From Raphidiopsis brookii D9 (GTDB lineage: Bacteria > Cyanobacteriota > Cyanobacteriia > Cyanobacteriales > Nostocaceae): a DNA stretch of 32,000 bases. Shown here in pieces: positions 29,297 to 32,000 of this stretch. The first letter of the stretch is position 1. Every line of letters begins with the position of its first letter. The notes beneath the pieces are model-generated. The model did not search any database, was not told the origin of the DNA, and worked only from the letters and a program-made list of their open reading frames with translations. Where the stretch lies: positions 150,001-182,000 of the forward strand of contig ACYB01000031.1 in the NCBI GenBank assembly GCA_000175855.1. The letters run 5' to 3'. Position numbers and translations under genes: made by a program.

Positions 29297-30715
29297 TCAG
29301 CTATTAGCTGATAAAAGTTCGCGCACATCCGCAACTTCACCCTTAATAGCAGCCGTTGCCACCATAGCGGGACTCATGAGCAGGGTGCGACCAGAAGCGG
29401 AACCCTGTCTACCCTTAAAGTTACGATTAGAGGAGGAGGCGCTAATTTGTCTTCCTTGTAATTTGTCGGGGTTCATAGCCAAACACATGGAACATCCCGG
29501 TTCGCGCCATTCAAAACCTGCTTGAATAAAAGATTTGATCCAACCCTTCAGCTTCAGCTTGTTTTTTTCACCCTTTCCGATCCAGGAACCACAAAGGCTT
29601 TCATACCCGGTGCAACTTGACGACCTTGGGCAATTTTTAGCTGCTTCCCTCAAATCGCTGATGCGTCCATTAGTGCAACTGCCAATAAAGCAAACATCTA
29701 TTTTTGTCCCTTGAATGGGTTGACCAGGGTAGAGATCCATATAGCGATAGGCTTCCTCCGCTACAAACCGGTCTTCTTCTGGTAGGTCTTGGGCGGCGGG
29801 TACTTTTTCATCTACCCCAATTCCCTGACCAGGAGTAATTCCCCAGGTGACTGTGGGTGGAATATCTTCCGCCCTAAATACTACCACATCATCATATTCC
29901 GCATCCTCATCACTCCGTAGAGATTGCCACCACTTTAAGGCTTCTTCCCAAGCTGCTTCTTTGGGGGCAAAGTCCTTATTTTTTAAATACTCATAAGTAA
30001 TTTCATCGGGATTTACATATCCGCACCTGGCACCACCCTCAATGGCCATATTACAAACGGTCATTCTTTCTTCCATGTTCATTTGTTCAAAGGTGGTTCC
30101 CGCATATTCATAAGCATAACCTACGCCACCTTTGACTCCCAGGGTGCGAATTATATGTAATATCACATCCTTCGCATAAACCCCCGGGGGAAGATTCCCA
30201 TTTACCTCAATTTTCCGCACCTTGAGTTTTGATAATGCTAAAGTTTGAGAAGCCAAAACATCACGCACCTGACTTGTGCCAATTCCAAAAGCGATCGCCC
30301 CAAAGGCACCATGACTGGATGTATGACTATCTCCACAGGCAATAGTCATACCCGGTTGTGTCAATCCTAATTCTGGTGCAATGACATGGACTATACCCTG
30401 ATTTCCCGAACCGATATTATAAAAAGTGATGTCATTTTCTTGACAATTTTTTTCCAAAGCACGGATCATTTCTTCTGCCATATTGTCCGCAAAAGGACGT
30501 ACTTGGTTATCTGTAGGGACAATATGATCTACCGTGGCCACAGTTCGGTGTGGGAACAATACCTTGAGACCCCTTTCCTTGAGCATAGCAAAGGCTTGGG
30601 GACTGGTAACCTCATGGATAAGATGGAGTCCGATAAACAGTTGGGTGAGTCCTGATGGAAGTGTGCCCACGGTGTGAATTTCCCAAACTTTGTCAAATAG
30701 AGTTCCCTTGCTCAT
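29297..30715 (-). CDS. leuC: 3-isopropylmalate dehydratase large subunit (contains an aberrant internal segment at 29528-29638)
   Basis: [16 protein letters not shown]...[23 protein letters not shown]; [19 protein letters not shown]; [19 protein letters not shown]. Confidence 0.95.
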   Translation of the reverse strand: MSKGTLFDKVWEIHTVGTLPSGLTQLFIGLHLIHEVTSPQAFAMLKERGLKVLFPHRTVATVDHIVPTDNQVRPFADNMAEEMIRALEKNCQENDITFYNIGSGNQGIVHVIAPELGLTQPGMTIACGDSHTSSHGAFGAIAFGIGTSQVRDVLASQTLALSKLKVRKIEVNGNLPPGVYAKDVILHIIRTLGVKGGVGYAYEYAGTTFEQMNMEERMTVCNMAIEGGARCGYVNPDEITYEYLKNKDFAPKEAAWEEALKWWQSLRSDEDAEYDDVVVFRAEDIPPTVTWGITPGQGIGVDEKVPAAQDLPEEDRFVAEEAYRYMDLYPGQPIQGTKIDVCFIGSCTNGRISDLREAAKNCPRSSSCTGYESLCGSWIGKGEKNKLKLKGWIKSFIQAGFEWREPGCSMCLAMNPDKLQGRQISASSSNRNFKGRQGSASGRTLLMSPAMVATAAIKGEVADVRELLSANS

Positions 30716-30790
30716 ACGCTCAATGCTATGTTTACTACTTAAAAGGAGTTCAATCTACTATCATATCAGATATATCAGAAAACTGGAACT

Positions 30791-31699
30791 TTAAAAACTG
30801 TTCGCAGCAGCACGCAAATTACCTTTATGTGCTGCTAGTAGCTGTTGAGCCTCCTGCTTATCCAAATTTTTCCAGTGCATCAGCAAAGCTAGTTTCACCC
30901 ACTTACCACTTCTTTCTAGTAAAGTCTCAGCTGCTTCCTTATTTAGGTCAGTCAAATCTCGTAATATCCTTAAAGCGCGGTCATGTAGTTTTTGATTAGT
31001 AACAGCAACATCCACCATGCGATTACCATAAACCTTGCCCAATTTCACCATCACACCGGTTGAAAGTATATTCAAAGCCAACTTTGTAGCCGTACCAGCC
31101 TTCAAGCGGGTGGAACCAGCCAAAATTTCCGGTCCAGTTAGTAGGCGAATATCCACATCCGCCTCAACAGCAACCTGTTGTGCGGGAACACAGGCAATAA
31201 AAATAGTTAAGGCACCTCGCTGACGTGCCCCATGCAAGGCTCCATGAACATAGGGGGTAGTTCCTCCAGCAGTGATACCCACCACCACATCGAGGGAATT
31301 CACCTGGTGTTGGATGATAGCATTTTCCCCATCCTCTGCCAAATCTTCCAAACCCTCAGAACTGCGTAACAAAGCACCCGCACCACCAGCAATAATCCCC
31401 TGTACCAAATCTGGAGGTGTGCAGAAAGTGGGTGGACATTCGGCCGCATCTAATACCCCTAATCTCCCACTTGTGCCCGCACCAATGTAAAATAACCTTC
31501 CCCCTTGATGTAGCTTGGCAGCTATTTGTTCGATAGCTGCTGCCAACTCCATTTTAGCACCAGCTATAGCAGATAAAGCTTTTTGATCTTCACTGTTGAA
31601 TAACTCTACCAGTTCCAGAGCATTAAGTTGGTCTAGATTTAAACTATGAGGATTTATCTGTTCTGTTAAAAGATGTCCGCGTTCTTGTAAGTTAGTCAT
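30791..31699 (-). CDS. murQ: N-acetylmuramic acid 6-phosphate etherase
   Basis: YIGAGTSGRLGVLDAAECPPTF; GITAGGTTPYVHGAL; LTGPEILAGSTRLKAGTATKLALN. Confidence 0.96.
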   Translation of the reverse strand: MTNLQERGHLLTEQINPHSLNLDQLNALELVELFNSEDQKALSAIAGAKMELAAAIEQIAAKLHQGGRLFYIGAGTSGRLGVLDAAECPPTFCTPPDLVQGIIAGGAGALLRSSEGLEDLAEDGENAIIQHQVNSLDVVVGITAGGTTPYVHGALHGARQRGALTIFIACVPAQQVAVEADVDIRLLTGPEILAGSTRLKAGTATKLALNILSTGVMVKLGKVYGNRMVDVAVTNQKLHDRALRILRDLTDLNKEAAETLLERSGKWVKLALLMHWKNLDKQEAQQLLAAHKGNLRAAANSF

Positions 31700-32000
31700 T
31701 TTCTATTTACTACCCAATTACCTACTATTATATATATCTGGGTATATCTGGGAATTGGTAATTTTCAAAACCTGCTAGAAATAGAAAAATTGGCGAATTG
31801 TGATTGAACATACAGAACTGAACCATAGATAACAGTTTGATAATTTACAGTGGATTAAAAAAATGCTAGGGATTCCCCTAGTTACAGCTTTATCCTTCAA
31901 AAAACATTAGAAAAACATTAGCTAAATTACTCACTTACAGTGATGAGCATGACAAGAATAAGATCAAAACGCCTCCGGCGTAAGCGGGGTTCTGCCCTTC

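Noticed and set aside
1-32000. CRISPR arrays or additional tRNA genes
   Set aside because: No regularly spaced direct repeats were seen. The only clear tRNA-like structure is the tRNA-like domain of ssrA.

Overview
This window looks like the chromosome of a Nostocales-type cyanobacterium: it carries HIP1 GCGATCGC palindromes, psaE, crtR and a one-piece cyanobacterial tmRNA. Most of it is housekeeping: obgE (3' part), an RRM protein, nrdJ, crtR, an Hsp70-like protein, metK, agrE/argZ, ssrA, purQ, glmS, mutM, psaE, leuD, leuC and murQ. Four things stand out. (1) Between ssrA and purQ lies a two-gene cassette, a 958-aa protein of no recognisable family followed by a 1209-aa helicase-like ATPase. 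It is nearly free of HIP1 sites and is the best candidate for an undescribed, possibly defence-related, system. (2) The 958-aa ORF ends just after an A6 run, and a 56-codon protein-like extension continues in the -1 frame, suggesting slippage, phase variation or an indel. (3) nrdJ is split by a 1962-nt group II intron (GTGTG...AT, domain V seen). Its encoded protein lacks RT motif 1, has HGSE in place of YADD and has no endonuclease domain, so it looks like a maturase-only protein. (4) leuC contains a locally frameshifted segment explained by three +1 homopolymer changes that together restore frame. All similarity calls come from recognising sequence by eye; no searches were run.
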